Shown here: one piece after another, positions 36,770 to 46,425 of the stretch | Position numbering within the stretch: the first letter of the stretch is position 1 | Layout of the letters: every line of letters begins with the position of its first letter | NCBI GenBank assembly: GCA_965267185.1 | Contig: OZ253937.1 | Span: forward strand, 1,889,151-1,953,150 | DNA from: Alphaproteobacteria bacterium | Lineage (GTDB): Bacteria > Pseudomonadota > Alphaproteobacteria > UBA6615 | DNA: 64,000 nucleotides | Direction of reading: 5' to 3' | Program-made: the position numbers and the translations under genes | The notes under the pieces: generated by a model | Databases searched by the model: none | Told to the model about the DNA's origin: nothing | The model's input: only the letters and a program-made list of their open reading frames with translations

Positions 36770-37252
36770 ATGCAATTCTCTTCAAATACCGTGAAACGCA
36801 CTCTCGGCGTCGCCGCTGTTATTGCCGTTGGCGTTGCCTTCGGCACCATTGGCACCAGCCCGTCCGATGCGCAGATGAGTGAACTCACCAAGCAACGCGT
36901 CGCCGCTATGAAATCGATGGGCGGCAACATGAAGAAGCTCGGCGGCGCCGTTGCCAGCGGCGACAATGCGGCAGCAGCAGCAGCAGCTACAGAGATCAAC
37001 AATGTCGCGAAAGCAATCGCATCGGTATTTCCGGAAGGCAGTGGCACCGGGGAAACCAGGGCGAAACCGGAGATCTGGCAAGACTTTGCAGACTTCACCG
37101 CAAAGGCAAATGCCCTGGATGCAGCATCAGCGAAAGTGATCGCCGATGCCAACGCCGGTAATTTGGGCAGCGATCCTAAAGCGGTTGTAGGGTCAATCGG
37201 CCAGAATTGCGGTGCTTGCCACAAGGTTTACCGCGTGCCGAAGCAGAACTAG
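36770..37252 (+). CDS. Class II cytochrome c (cytochrome c'/c-556 family)
   Basis: Signal peptide, a four-helix-bundle-length protein (160 aa), and a single C-terminal haem site CGACHKVYR. Met-rich N-terminal helix. Confidence 0.75.
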   Translation: MQFSSNTVKRTLGVAAVIAVGVAFGTIGTSPSDAQMSELTKQRVAAMKSMGGNMKKLGGAVASGDNAAAAAAATEINNVAKAIASVFPEGSGTGETRAKPEIWQDFADFTAKANALDAASAKVIADANAGNLGSDPKAVVGSIGQNCGACHKVYRVPKQN

Positions 37253-37276
37253 TACACGCACGTCTTGGGAGGACAA

Positions 37277-37310
37277 CGGCCGCCAGGAATTTTCCCGGCG
37301 GCCGTTTTTC
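37277..37310 (+). terminator. Rho-independent terminator between the two cytochrome genes
   Basis: cggccgcc-aggaattttccc-ggcggccg followed by TTTTT, immediately after the cytochrome c' stop. Confidence 0.5.
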
Positions 37311-37323
37311 CTTATAAAGCGTT

Positions 37324-38190
37324 ATGCGTTTGATTTTGTTAGCAACCCTGCTCCTACTATCGCCAGCCGGGCAAGATGCAGCTCTCGCGGCAAGCGCGGG
37401 CAATGCCGAACGCGGGGCTTACATTCTTCGTGTCGCCGGTTGCGGCTCCTGTCATACGGCTCCAAAAGGGGGCCAATTTCTCGCCGGCGGGCGCGAGCTC
37501 AAATCGCCGTTTGGGTCTTTTTTTTCACCAAACATCACAAGCGACGCGGAAACCGGCATCGGCAAGTGGAGCGACGAGGATTTCGTACGGGCCCTGCGCG
37601 ATGGCAAGTCGCCCGACGGAAAACCCTATTACCCTTCCTTTCCCTACACGTCGTACACGCGTATGACCCGCGAAGACATGGTCGATCTAAAGGCCTATCT
37701 CGATACGGTCGAACCGGTGAGCAAGCAGGTGCCCGACCACGATCTCCGCTTCCCCTTCAGCGTGCGGACGGGCATGCATGTATGGCGCACGCTGTTCTTC
37801 GATAAGGATCCGCTGTCGCCCGATCCGGCGCAAAGCGAAGCCTGGAACCGAGGCGCCTATATCGTGAACGGCCCCGGACATTGCGGCGAGTGCCATACCC
37901 CACGGAACATACTCGGCGGTCTTAAACAAAGTCGCGCCTTATCCGGAAATCCCGAGGGTCCCGACAACGAGCCCGTCCCGAACATTACCGGCCATCCCCG
38001 ATTGGGCATTAAGGATTGGAGCATCGACGACGTGGTGTCGTTTCTGCAGATCGGCATCAAGCCGGATGGCGATTTTGCCGGTGGAGCAATGACCGATGTG
38101 ATCGACGACGCGACGGGCAAACTCACCGAAGCCGATCTAACTGCGATCGCCACCTACCTCAAGTCGCTGCCGGCTATCCCTGCACCGTAG
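37324..38190 (+). CDS. Dihaem c-type cytochrome
   Basis: Signal peptide and two CxxCH motifs (CGSCH, CGECH) in a 288-aa protein. There are no extra Cys, so it is not TsdA-like. Confidence 0.75.
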   Translation: MRLILLATLLLLSPAGQDAALAASAGNAERGAYILRVAGCGSCHTAPKGGQFLAGGRELKSPFGSFFSPNITSDAETGIGKWSDEDFVRALRDGKSPDGKPYYPSFPYTSYTRMTREDMVDLKAYLDTVEPVSKQVPDHDLRFPFSVRTGMHVWRTLFFDKDPLSPDPAQSEAWNRGAYIVNGPGHCGECHTPRNILGGLKQSRALSGNPEGPDNEPVPNITGHPRLGIKDWSIDDVVSFLQIGIKPDGDFAGGAMTDVIDDATGKLTEADLTAIATYLKSLPAIPAP

Positions 38191-39295
38191 CGGCCGCGTG
38201 GGTAGCGCGCTCGGGAAACAATGCCGATAAACCCTCCGCGCTGGCCGGACAGATGCCGCGCTCGGTGATCAATCCGCTGACCAGCCGTGCAGGTGTTGTA
38301 TCGAAGGCATAGTTCGCCGCCGACGTGCCATCGGGTGCCAGCTGGACGGTGGCAATATCGCCGCCAGGCAAGCGGCCGGTAATGTGAGTGACTTCCATCT
38401 CGTCGCGCTGCTCGATGGGGATATCGCGCACCCCATCGCTCAATGTCCAATCGATGGTCGGCGACGGCAGCGCCACGTAGAATGGAACGTTATTGTCGCG
38501 CGCTGCCAACGCCTTCAAATAAGTACCGATCTTGTTGGCTACGTCACCATGCGCAGTCGTGCGGTCGGTGCCGGTGATACATAGATCGACCATGCCATGC
38601 TGCATCATGTGACCGCCGGCATTATCCGCAATCACCGCATGGGAGACACCGTGGCGGCCGAGTTCCCACGCGGTCAGCGCCGCTCCTTGGTTGCGGGGGC
38701 GGGTTTCGTCGGCCCATACATGAACCGGGATACCAAGGTCATGCGCCTTGTAGATCGGCGACAGCGCCGTACCCCAGTCGACAGTGGCCAACCAGCCAGC
38801 ATTGCAGTGAGTTAGCACGTTAACCGGCCCATCCTCGCCCGCGGCCGCATAAGCCTCTCGTATCAAAGCAAGGCCATGGTCGCCGATAGCGCTGTTTATC
38901 GCGACATCTTCATCGCAAATTTTGGCAGCACGCCGGTACGCCAGTTCGGCGCGCGCGTCGTGGGGTTGGTTGCGGAGGAGAGCGCGCATATCGTCTAATG
39001 CCCAGCGCAGATTGACCGCCGTTGGCCGCGTCGCCATCAGCGCGTCGTAGGCCGCGTCGAGAGCGGCGTCGGACGCATCGTCGCGCATTGCCAGTGCAAC
39101 GCCATACGCCGCCGTCGCGCCGATCAGTGGCGCGCCGCGAACCATCATGGTTTTGATCGCTGTGGCAACGGCTTCCACCGACGTCAAAGACACGACTTCG
39201 AAGCGATGAGGCAGCTGAGTTTGATCGATAATTTGAACCGTCCAGCCGTCATCGTCGCACCAAATGGTGCGATAGGCAGTACCGTCGACTTTCAT
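38174..39295 (-). CDS. mtnA: S-methyl-5-thioribose-1-phosphate isomerase
   Basis: [70 protein letters not shown] matches the MtnA/eIF-2B-related family; 373 aa. Its 3' end overlaps the convergent cytochrome gene by 17 nt. Confidence 0.85.
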   Translation of the reverse strand: MKVDGTAYRTIWCDDDGWTVQIIDQTQLPHRFEVVSLTSVEAVATAIKTMMVRGAPLIGATAAYGVALAMRDDASDAALDAAYDALMATRPTAVNLRWALDDMRALLRNQPHDARAELAYRRAAKICDEDVAINSAIGDHGLALIREAYAAAGEDGPVNVLTHCNAGWLATVDWGTALSPIYKAHDLGIPVHVWADETRPRNQGAALTAWELGRHGVSHAVIADNAGGHMMQHGMVDLCITGTDRTTAHGDVANKIGTYLKALAARDNNVPFYVALPSPTIDWTLSDGVRDIPIEQRDEMEVTHITGRLPGGDIATVQLAPDGTSAANYAFDTTPARLVSGLITERGICPASAEGLSALFPERATHAAATVQG

Positions 39296-39326
39296 CGTTT
39301 ATTCCCCAAGCCCGTCAATACGTACC

Positions 39327-39548
39327 TCATCCCGCTTTGCTGATGACGAATGTCAACACGCCATCGTCCTCGGTCGCGCTCTCGAGCGTGTCGCCCGTCG
39401 CGTCACAAAAATTGTGGAAGTCCTTCATGGCGCCGGGATCGGTGGCAATCACCGTCAGCCGGTCTCCTGCCGATAGACCCTTGAGAGCCTTTTTGGCTTT
39501 TAACACCGGCAAAGGACATTTGAGTCCCGACGTGTCGAGTACGTCCAT
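39327..39548 (-). CDS. tusA: TusA-family sulfurtransferase
   Basis: LDTSGLKCPLPVLKAKKALKGLSAGDRLTVIATDPGAMKDFHNFCD... carries the CPxP active-site motif. The start is chosen at MDVLD (73 aa); the longer ORF-track start is possible. Confidence 0.75.
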   Translation of the reverse strand: MDVLDTSGLKCPLPVLKAKKALKGLSAGDRLTVIATDPGAMKDFHNFCDATGDTLESATEDDGVLTFVISKAG

Positions 39549-39632
39549 ACGTCTGCTCGTTCGAGTCACTCTAGGTTGACTCATAGTGCGGTTATCGGGC
39601 GCCGCCGCAACCCCCATCTGGCGTTATCTCGA

Positions 39633-39662
39633 TTGACCGTTTTTCTAATATGCGAATATACT
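39633..39662 (+). promoter_or_regulatory. Putative promoter (TTGACC-18-TATACT) of the ArsR-family regulator gene, with an embedded TTTC-N8-GAAT operator-like dyad (39642-39657)
   Basis: Read from the sequence. The -10 ends ~7 nt before the ATG at 39669, suggesting a leaderless mRNA, and no SD is visible. The dyad resembles the ATTC-N8-GAAT box reported for SqrR. Confidence 0.35.
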
Positions 39663-39668
39663 AATTTT

Positions 39669-40022
39669 ATGGATATCCACGGGCTCAAAGAAAAATCAGC
39701 GCAAGCGAGCCGCCTGTTAAAGTCGTTGGCGAACGACAGACGGTTGCTGATTCTTTGTCATTTGAGCGAGAGTGAAAAATCCGTCGGCGAGCTGGAGCGG
39801 TTGGTCGACCTCAGTCAGTCAGCGCTATCGCAACATCTTGCACGGCTACGCCGCGACGATCTCGTGCAAACGCGCCGCGAAGCCCAAACGATCTACTATT
39901 CAATTGCCAGTCTTGAGGCTGGTGAGGTTCTAAAAACCCTGTACAAGCTTTACTGCGCCGACGATGCGCCGACCACCCGGCCCACCGCCGCCGCTGGACG
40001 GCGCAGCGCGTCGGGTGTTTGA
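39669..40022 (+). CDS. ArsR/SmtB-family transcriptional repressor, SqrR/BigR-like (persulfide-sensing type)
   Basis: Winged-HTH core (SVGELERLVDLSQSALSQHLARLRRDDLV). The only two Cys residues are at positions 30 and 96, a 66-residue spacing identical to the Cys41/Cys107 (SqrR) and Cys42/Cys108 (BigR) redox pair. It is divergent from tusA and upstream of rhodanese/TauE. Confidence 0.65.
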   Translation: MDIHGLKEKSAQASRLLKSLANDRRLLILCHLSESEKSVGELERLVDLSQSALSQHLARLRRDDLVQTRREAQTIYYSIASLEAGEVLKTLYKLYCADDAPTTRPTAAAGRRSASGV

Positions 40023-40090
40023 GCCGATAAATCACCACAGGGCCTCCAAGACAACGCCGATATCAACACAAACCCAAAGGCCCTACGAAA

Positions 40091-40426
40091 ATGACACAGC
40101 AAGTCACGTTCCTGGAACCGGCAGAGGTACAGGCCAAACTCACCGACGGTACGGCCTATGTCGTTGACGTACGCGAGCCGCATGAATATGCCGAAGCACA
40201 TATCGCCGGCGCCGTTCTCATGCCGCTATCACAGTTTGATCCAAGCAAAATCTCACCTCCGGAAGGTAAGAACCTGATCTTCCATTGCCGCAGCGCTCAA
40301 CGCTGCGGCGTGGCCTCCGAACAGCTAATCGCTGCAGGCTACAAAGGCGCAATCTATCGCATGGCCGGCGGCCTCCTCGCCTGGACGGCGGCGGGGTTAC
40401 CGGTGGAGAGCGGCGCAAACGACTAA
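40091..40426 (+). CDS. Single-domain rhodanese (thiosulfate/persulfide sulfurtransferase)
   Basis: 111 aa with an active-site Cys loop (IFHCRSAQRCG). Confidence 0.8.
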   Translation: MTQQVTFLEPAEVQAKLTDGTAYVVDVREPHEYAEAHIAGAVLMPLSQFDPSKISPPEGKNLIFHCRSAQRCGVASEQLIAAGYKGAIYRMAGGLLAWTAAGLPVESGAND

Positions 40427-40466
40427 GGCCAACAATCACGACGTCCGGGCGATTTCACGTTAGCCA

Positions 40467-41393
40467 ATGAATATCTACCTGCCCATTGCTGAAATGTCGG
40501 TCGATGTTTTCCTGATCCTTGGATTGGGGGGCGGCATCGGATTTCTGTCCGGGTTATTCGGCGTCGGTGGCGGGTTCTTGATGACACCACTACTAATTTT
40601 CATCGGCATACCACCCGCGGTGGCCGTAGCCAGCGAGGCAAACCAAATCGTCGCTGCGTCGGTCTCTGGTGCGCTCGCACATATGCGGCGCGGTAACGTC
40701 GATATCAAAATGGGCCTGATCCTGACCGCTGGAGGCTTTGCGGGATCCGGCGTTGGGGTGTTGATTTTCACGCTGCTGCGCCAACTCGGGCAGGTCGAAC
40801 TGCTGATCGCGCTAAGTTACGTGGTATTTCTCGGTGCCATCGGTTTGTTGATGCTGATCGAAAGCGGCCGGACCATGCTGCGGCACCGGGCTGGCACGGC
40901 AACCAGAGGCAAGCTGCACCAGCATACATGGCTGCACGGACTACCCCTGAAAATGCGGTTTCGCCGCTCGCGCCTCTACATCAGCGCGCTCCTGCCGATC
41001 GGTATCGGTTTCTTCGTCGGTATTCTGGCGGCCATCATGGGTGTCGGGGGCGGATTCATCATGGTGCCGGCGATGATTTACCTGCTCGGAATGCCGACCG
41101 CCGTCGTTGTCGGCACTTCTTTATTCCAGATCATTTTTGTCACCGCCAACGTAACCTTCTTGCAAGCGACCACTAATCAGACCGTCGATATCGTGCTGGC
41201 GCTATTGCTGCTCACCGGCGCCGTGATTGGCGCCCAGTTGGGAACGAAGGCGGGCGGCTTGTTGCGCGGCGAACAACTGCGCGGTCTGCTGGCGCTTATC
41301 GTTCTCGGCGTCTGCGCCAAGATTGCCTACGATCTCGTATCGACCCCGTTTGATATCTTCTCGATCAGCGAAATCTCAGGATTTGGCGGATGA
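40467..41393 (+). CDS. TauE/SafE-family (DUF81) sulfite/anion exporter
   Basis: 308 aa with duplicated 4-TM halves, each carrying a GGGxxxxP-like motif (GVGGGFLMTPLL and GVGGGFIMVPAM). Confidence 0.8.
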   Translation: MNIYLPIAEMSVDVFLILGLGGGIGFLSGLFGVGGGFLMTPLLIFIGIPPAVAVASEANQIVAASVSGALAHMRRGNVDIKMGLILTAGGFAGSGVGVLIFTLLRQLGQVELLIALSYVVFLGAIGLLMLIESGRTMLRHRAGTATRGKLHQHTWLHGLPLKMRFRRSRLYISALLPIGIGFFVGILAAIMGVGGGFIMVPAMIYLLGMPTAVVVGTSLFQIIFVTANVTFLQATTNQTVDIVLALLLLTGAVIGAQLGTKAGGLLRGEQLRGLLALIVLGVCAKIAYDLVSTPFDIFSISEISGFGG

Positions 41394-42157
41394 GAAACCT
41401 TCATCACACAATATTGGCTATGCTCCTGTTTGTGGGAGTCGCGGCGGCACCGGCACAAGGTCAAACACCAACCCTCGCGTCGTCGCCTTTGGTAGCAGAC
41501 CTCAGCGAAGATCTCATCGCAATCACAACCGGATTTACCGGCACCGAAGTCTTGCTGTTCGGAGCGACCGTGGGTTCCGGCGAAATCATTGTTGTCGTCA
41601 AGGCGCCGGAAAGCCAGGTCGTTGTGCGCCGAAAAGAACGGGTCGCCGGTGTGTGGATCAACGCCGATAGCCTAACTTTCGACAAAGTGCCCGGATTTTA
41701 TCATGTCGCCGCTTCGCAGCCTCTGACCGATCTATTGCCGGAAGCGACCTTGAAAAGTGAACAAATCGGTGCCGAGAATTTGTCGTTGGAGTCTGTATCG
41801 CCAACGTCGGCCGCAGAGTTCGCTCTATTTACCGAAGCATTGATCCGTAACAAGAAGAGAACAGATCTCTTCAATGAACAGCTTGGCGAGATCAAGTTCC
41901 TCGGTGACCGGCTATTCCGTACTCAGGTACAACTCCCGTCAAACGTACCGACGGGCGCTTACACAGCAACGGTATATCTGGTGGACAAGGGAGAGATCAT
42001 CGACCGCACCGACACGCTGCTGCAAGTTCGAAAATCGGGCTTCGAAGCCAAAGTGTTCGAGTTCGCCAATCAAAATGCGGCGATCTACGGTATCATTGCC
42101 ATTCTTATTGCATTGGCGGCGGGATGGTTTGCCGGCATTGTCTTCCGAAACGTCTGA
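41390..42157 (+). CDS. TIGR02186-like alphaproteobacterial membrane-anchored protein (conserved partner of DUF81)
   Basis: Signal peptide plus a C-terminal TM (IYGIIAILIALAAGWFAGIVF). It overlaps tauE by 4 nt, indicating translational coupling. The family name is recalled from memory. Confidence 0.5.
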   Translation: MRNLHHTILAMLLFVGVAAAPAQGQTPTLASSPLVADLSEDLIAITTGFTGTEVLLFGATVGSGEIIVVVKAPESQVVVRRKERVAGVWINADSLTFDKVPGFYHVAASQPLTDLLPEATLKSEQIGAENLSLESVSPTSAAEFALFTEALIRNKKRTDLFNEQLGEIKFLGDRLFRTQVQLPSNVPTGAYTATVYLVDKGEIIDRTDTLLQVRKSGFEAKVFEFANQNAAIYGIIAILIALAAGWFAGIVFRNV

Positions 42158-42164
42158 CGCCGTT

Positions 42165-42695
42165 ATGACCGATCAAACGACAACCGAACCAGCAAATGCC
42201 GCGCCGGACGACCGGCGCCCCGAAGTGAGCCAACCCAATGTTTTTCTTGTGGTGGCGGACAACACGCGGGAGATGCAAGTGGCGCTGCGTTTCGCAAGTC
42301 TTCGCGCGAAACGCACTGGCGGCCGCGTCGGTCTACTGCGTGTTGTACGCAAAGCCGACTTTCAGCATTGGGCGGCGATCGGCAACCTGATGCGCGAAGA
42401 AGCGCGCGATGAGGCCGAACAGTTGCTGCAAGAACATGCGGCAACGGTCACCGAGTTAACCGGCGGCGAGATGCCGATCCTCTACATCAAAGAGGGCGAC
42501 ACCAAGTCGGCTCTTCTCGAGCTGATCGATGAAGACGCGCAGATTCGTATTCTGGTTCTCGCCGCCGCCACGGGGACACGCGGGCCGGGACCCCTTATTA
42601 CGTTCCTGATGAAAAAGATAATCGGCAAGCTGCGCATCCCGGTCACGATTGTGCCCGGAGGACTCACCAACAATCAGATCGATACGCTGACTTAA
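42165..42695 (+). CDS. Universal stress protein (UspA-domain)
   Basis: VFLVVADNTREMQVALRFA...ILVLAAATGTRG is a UspA-like Rossmann fold. The start is chosen at MTDQTT; the longer ORF-track form overlaps the upstream gene. Confidence 0.6.
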   Translation: MTDQTTTEPANAAPDDRRPEVSQPNVFLVVADNTREMQVALRFASLRAKRTGGRVGLLRVVRKADFQHWAAIGNLMREEARDEAEQLLQEHAATVTELTGGEMPILYIKEGDTKSALLELIDEDAQIRILVLAAATGTRGPGPLITFLMKKIIGKLRIPVTIVPGGLTNNQIDTLT

Positions 42696-42707
42696 GCCCT
42701 AACCCGA

Positions 42708-45653
42708 TTGCGTGCCTTCATGCCCGACCAAACGAGAAGCGTAAACTCGCCCGAGATTATCGATACCTCGCCGCCGGTTGCCGACGAGATCAAAACCACC
42801 ACGTGTTACATGTGCGCCTGCCGGTGCGGCATCAACGTCCACCTCCGCGACGGGGCGATCCGCTACATCGAGGGCAACCGCGACCATCCGGTCAACAAAG
42901 GCGTTTTGTGCGCCAAAGGATCGGCCGGCATCATGCAGCACTATTCGCCGGCCCGGCTGTCCAAGCCGTTGAAGCGGGTGGGTCCGCGCGGCTCCAACGA
43001 GTTCGTTGAGATCGAGTGGGAGGAAGCCTTGGCGACCGCCACGGCATGGCTCACCGAAGTTCGCCGCTCAGACCCACGCAAGCTGGCTTTTTTCACCGGA
43101 CGCGATCAAAGCCAAGGGTTGACCGGGTTCTGGGCGAGCCAGTTCGGCACGCCTAACTACGCGGCCCATGGCGGCTTTTGCTCCGTTAATATGGCCGCCG
43201 CCGGGCTCTACACTATCGGCGGATCGTTCTGGGAGTTCGGCGAGCCGGACTGGGAACGAACGCGTTACTTCTTGATGTTCGGCGTTGCCGAGGATCACGA
43301 TTCCAACCCCATCAAAGCCGGGCTCGGCAAACTAAAAGGAAAAGGCGACGCCAAATTCGTCTCCGTCAACCCGGTGCGCACCGGCTACTCCGCCGTCGCC
43401 GACGAATGGATTGGTGTACGGCCCGGAACGGATGGCTTATTCGTTCTGGCGCTGGTTCACGAGCTTCTGCGGGCCGGACAAGTCGATCTCGCGTATCTGG
43501 TGCGCTACACCAACGCGCCATGGCTGATCTATGAAGCACCGGGCGAGGCTCATGATGGGCTGTTCGTGCGCGATGCCGACGGCAATCCCCTGGCGGTCGA
43601 CAAAAACACCGGAAAACTCGTCAGCGCGTTGGCCGCCGACATTGCCCCTGCGCTGCAAGGTAAATTCGATCTAGCTGAACTCGACGGTGTCGATAGCGAT
43701 ATCAGCGGGCTGGCTGTGCCGGCTTTCCAGCAGTTACTCGACCGCTATAGCGATCCGCAATACGCACCGGAGGCGGTTGCCGCGCAAACTGGCGTCGACG
43801 CCGATACGATCCGCCGCATTGCGGCAGAGCTCGCCCACGCCGCCTTTCAGCAGACGATCGAGATCGACACGCCGTGGACCGACTGGGCTGGCCGCCGTCA
43901 TGACAAAATGATCGGCCGGCCGGTGGCGATGCACGCAATGCGCGGCATCTCCGCCCATTCGAATGGCTTCCAGACCTGCCGGGCGATCCACATGTTGCAG
44001 ATGCTGCTTGGCAGCATCGATTGCCCCGGCGGTTTTCGCTACAAGCCGCCCTTTCCAAGGCCGGCGCCACCCGGACCGAAGCCAGCGGGCCGCGGTGAGC
44101 AGATCGCCGCCGAAACGCCGATGCCCGGACCGCCGCTCGGTTTCGTCACCGGTCCCGAAGATCTTTTGGTCGAAGCCGACGGACGGCCTTCGCGTATCGA
44201 CAAGGCCTTTTCGTGGGAGTACCCGCTGGCCGCCCACGGCATGATGCATCTGGTGATCCGCAACGCGTGGGCGCGCGATCCCTACCCCATCGATGTGCTG
44301 TTCATGTTCATGGCCAACATGAGCTGGAACTCGGCAATGAACACCGCCGAGACCATCGAAATGTTGACCGACATCGATCCCGACACCGGCGAATACCGCA
44401 TCCCCAAGATTATCTACTCGGATGCATTTTCCTCCGAGATGGTGCCTTACGCCGACCTCATCCTGCCCGACACCACCTATCTGGAGCGGTGGGACTGCAT
44501 CAGCTTGCTCGACCGGCCGATCTGCGATGCCGACGGACCGGCGGACTCGATCCGCCAACCGGTTGTTGCTCCTGACCGCGACGTGCGGCCCTTCCAGGAT
44601 GTGCTGATCGATCTCGGCGCACGCCTGGGCCTCCCCGCGTTTGTCGATGAGGCCGGCAGCGCCCGTTATCCCGGCGGCTATCCCGACTACATCGCCAACC
44701 ATGAACGCACGCCAGGTATCGGTCCGCTGGCCGGATGGCGCGGCGCCGACGGAACATCGCACGGCCGCGGCGAAGCAAATCCTGACCAGCTATCCCGCTA
44801 TATTGAGAACGGTTGCTTCTGGCGCGACGAGTTGGCGCCCGATCAGCGCTACTTCAAGTTCGCCAACCAAAGCTACTTGCAGTATTCGGCCGACATGGGC
44901 TGGATTCCCGATGCCAATCAAATAATCCTGCAGCTCTACAGCGAACCGCTGCAGAAGTTTCGCCTGGCCGCGCAGGGACACGGGCCCCACCAGCCGCCCG
45001 GCTCGCACCGCGAGCGGCTCGAGACCTTCTTCGATCCGTTGCCGATCTGGTACGCACCCTTCGAGGAGGAATTCAGCACGGACGAATCCTATCCGATACA
45101 CGCGCTCACCCAGCGGCCGATGGCGATGTACCATTCGTGGGGGTCGCAAAACGCTTGGCTGCGGCAAATCCATGGCTGGAACCGGCTCTTTGTTCATGCT
45201 GACACAGCCCGCGACGCGGGACTCGCCGATGACGACTGGGCGTGGATCGAGAGCCCCTATGGTCGCGTCAAGGCGCAGATCAAATGCATGACGGGCTGCA
45301 ACCCAGCGACCGTGTGGACGTGGAACGCGATCGGTAAGCGCCGCGGTAGTTGGAATCTCGACGACAACGCACCGGAATCACGTCGCGGCTTCCTCCTCAA
45401 TCATCTGATCACCGATCTGCTGCCACCGAAAAACGGCCATCGCTACGCCAATGCCGATCCGATCACCGGACAGGCGGCCTGGTTCGACTTGAAGGTGCGC
45501 TTGAGCAAAGCGGAACCCGGCGAAGCGGAAGAAAGCGAACCTGTATTCCCGGTCCTGGAAGAATTACCCAACACCAAGAAACGCCCCGCAATCTTACGCT
45601 ACGGTGAACGCTTCCTGCCTACCGGCGACTGGCGGCGGAGGCGGGCGTCATGA
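42708..45653 (+). CDS. soeA: Molybdopterin (bis-MGD) oxidoreductase catalytic subunit without a Tat signal; SoeA-like sulfite dehydrogenase candidate
   Basis: 981 aa. N-terminal 4Fe-4S motif CYMCACRCG...C in a DMSO-reductase-family scaffold. No twin-arginine leader. Followed by the Fe-S and membrane-anchor subunits. Confidence 0.55.
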   Translation: MRAFMPDQTRSVNSPEIIDTSPPVADEIKTTTCYMCACRCGINVHLRDGAIRYIEGNRDHPVNKGVLCAKGSAGIMQHYSPARLSKPLKRVGPRGSNEFVEIEWEEALATATAWLTEVRRSDPRKLAFFTGRDQSQGLTGFWASQFGTPNYAAHGGFCSVNMAAAGLYTIGGSFWEFGEPDWERTRYFLMFGVAEDHDSNPIKAGLGKLKGKGDAKFVSVNPVRTGYSAVADEWIGVRPGTDGLFVLALVHELLRAGQVDLAYLVRYTNAPWLIYEAPGEAHDGLFVRDADGNPLAVDKNTGKLVSALAADIAPALQGKFDLAELDGVDSDISGLAVPAFQQLLDRYSDPQYAPEAVAAQTGVDADTIRRIAAELAHAAFQQTIEIDTPWTDWAGRRHDKMIGRPVAMHAMRGISAHSNGFQTCRAIHMLQMLLGSIDCPGGFRYKPPFPRPAPPGPKPAGRGEQIAAETPMPGPPLGFVTGPEDLLVEADGRPSRIDKAFSWEYPLAAHGMMHLVIRNAWARDPYPIDVLFMFMANMSWNSAMNTAETIEMLTDIDPDTGEYRIPKIIYSDAFSSEMVPYADLILPDTTYLERWDCISLLDRPICDADGPADSIRQPVVAPDRDVRPFQDVLIDLGARLGLPAFVDEAGSARYPGGYPDYIANHERTPGIGPLAGWRGADGTSHGRGEANPDQLSRYIENGCFWRDELAPDQRYFKFANQSYLQYSADMGWIPDANQIILQLYSEPLQKFRLAAQGHGPHQPPGSHRERLETFFDPLPIWYAPFEEEFSTDESYPIHALTQRPMAMYHSWGSQNAWLRQIHGWNRLFVHADTARDAGLADDDWAWIESPYGRVKAQIKCMTGCNPATVWTWNAIGKRRGSWNLDDNAPESRRGFLLNHLITDLLPPKNGHRYANADPITGQAAWFDLKVRLSKAEPGEAEESEPVFPVLEELPNTKKRPAILRYGERFLPTGDWRRRRAS

Positions 45654-46408
45654 CGAGCCTGCCCAAAACGCCACCGGAGAAAAAGCTCGGTCTGGTGATC
45701 GACCTGGATACCTGCGTCGGTTGCCACGCTTGCGCGGTGAATTGCAAGGAATGGAACACGGGCGGCCATTCAGCCCCCCTCACCGATCTCGAACCTTATG
45801 GCGAAGATCCTCACGGTGTCTGGTTCAATCGGATCCACACGTTCGAAGCCGGCGAAGGAGCGCAGGGGCGCACCGTGCATTTTCCCAAGAGCTGCCTGCA
45901 CTGCGACGAGCCGGCCTGCGTGACCGTATGCCCCACCGGCGCGTCCTATAAGCGCGAAGAAGACGGCATCGTTTTGGTCAATGCCGACACCTGCATCGGC
46001 TGCAAACTCTGTTCATGGGCATGCCCCTACGGCGCACGCGAGTATGACTACACCGATGGGGTGATGAAGAAATGCACCCTGTGCATCGACCGCATCTACA
46101 ACGAGAACCTCGAAGAAGAGGACCGGGTACCCGCCTGCGTATCCACCTGCCCCGCCTCGGCCCGTCATTTTGGCGACCTGGGCGATCCGAACTCCGAGGT
46201 GTCGCAGCTGGTGCGCGAGCGCGGTGGCTATGACCTGATGCCCGAGATGGAGATGCAGCCGGTCAATAAATATCTGCCGCCGCGGCCAACAAAAACAACA
46301 GCCGGCGACACCGGCGCGCCCGCTGCCTTGCCCGGTGATGCGTCTGAAACCGTCGATACAACGGGCCACGGTTTCCTGGCCTGGGTCGACCGGGCGCTGT
46401 CGCGTTAG
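45650..46408 (+). CDS. soeB: 4x[4Fe-4S] ferredoxin-type subunit (DmsB/PsrB/SoeB-like)
   Basis: Four Cys clusters (CVGCHACAVNC; CLHCDEPACVTVCP; CIGCKLCSWACP; CTLCIDR...C). Overlaps the A subunit by 4 nt. Confidence 0.6.
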   Translation: MTSLPKTPPEKKLGLVIDLDTCVGCHACAVNCKEWNTGGHSAPLTDLEPYGEDPHGVWFNRIHTFEAGEGAQGRTVHFPKSCLHCDEPACVTVCPTGASYKREEDGIVLVNADTCIGCKLCSWACPYGAREYDYTDGVMKKCTLCIDRIYNENLEEEDRVPACVSTCPASARHFGDLGDPNSEVSQLVRERGGYDLMPEMEMQPVNKYLPPRPTKTTAGDTGAPAALPGDASETVDTTGHGFLAWVDRALSR

Positions 46409-46425
46409 CATCGGGTTCGTTCGCC

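Noticed and set aside
41874-42164. Long version of the Usp ORF overlapping the TIGR02186-like gene
   Set aside because: It is out-of-frame with the upstream gene. The MTDQTT start gives the standard ~175-aa UspA-domain protein.
43702-45197. Minus-strand ORFs (43734..44762, 342 aa; 44790..45197; 43702..44070) and plus-strand alternative frames inside the soeA-like gene
   Set aside because: They lie inside a 981-aa gene with clear molybdopterin-oxidoreductase features, and their composition is typical of GC-rich antisense frames.
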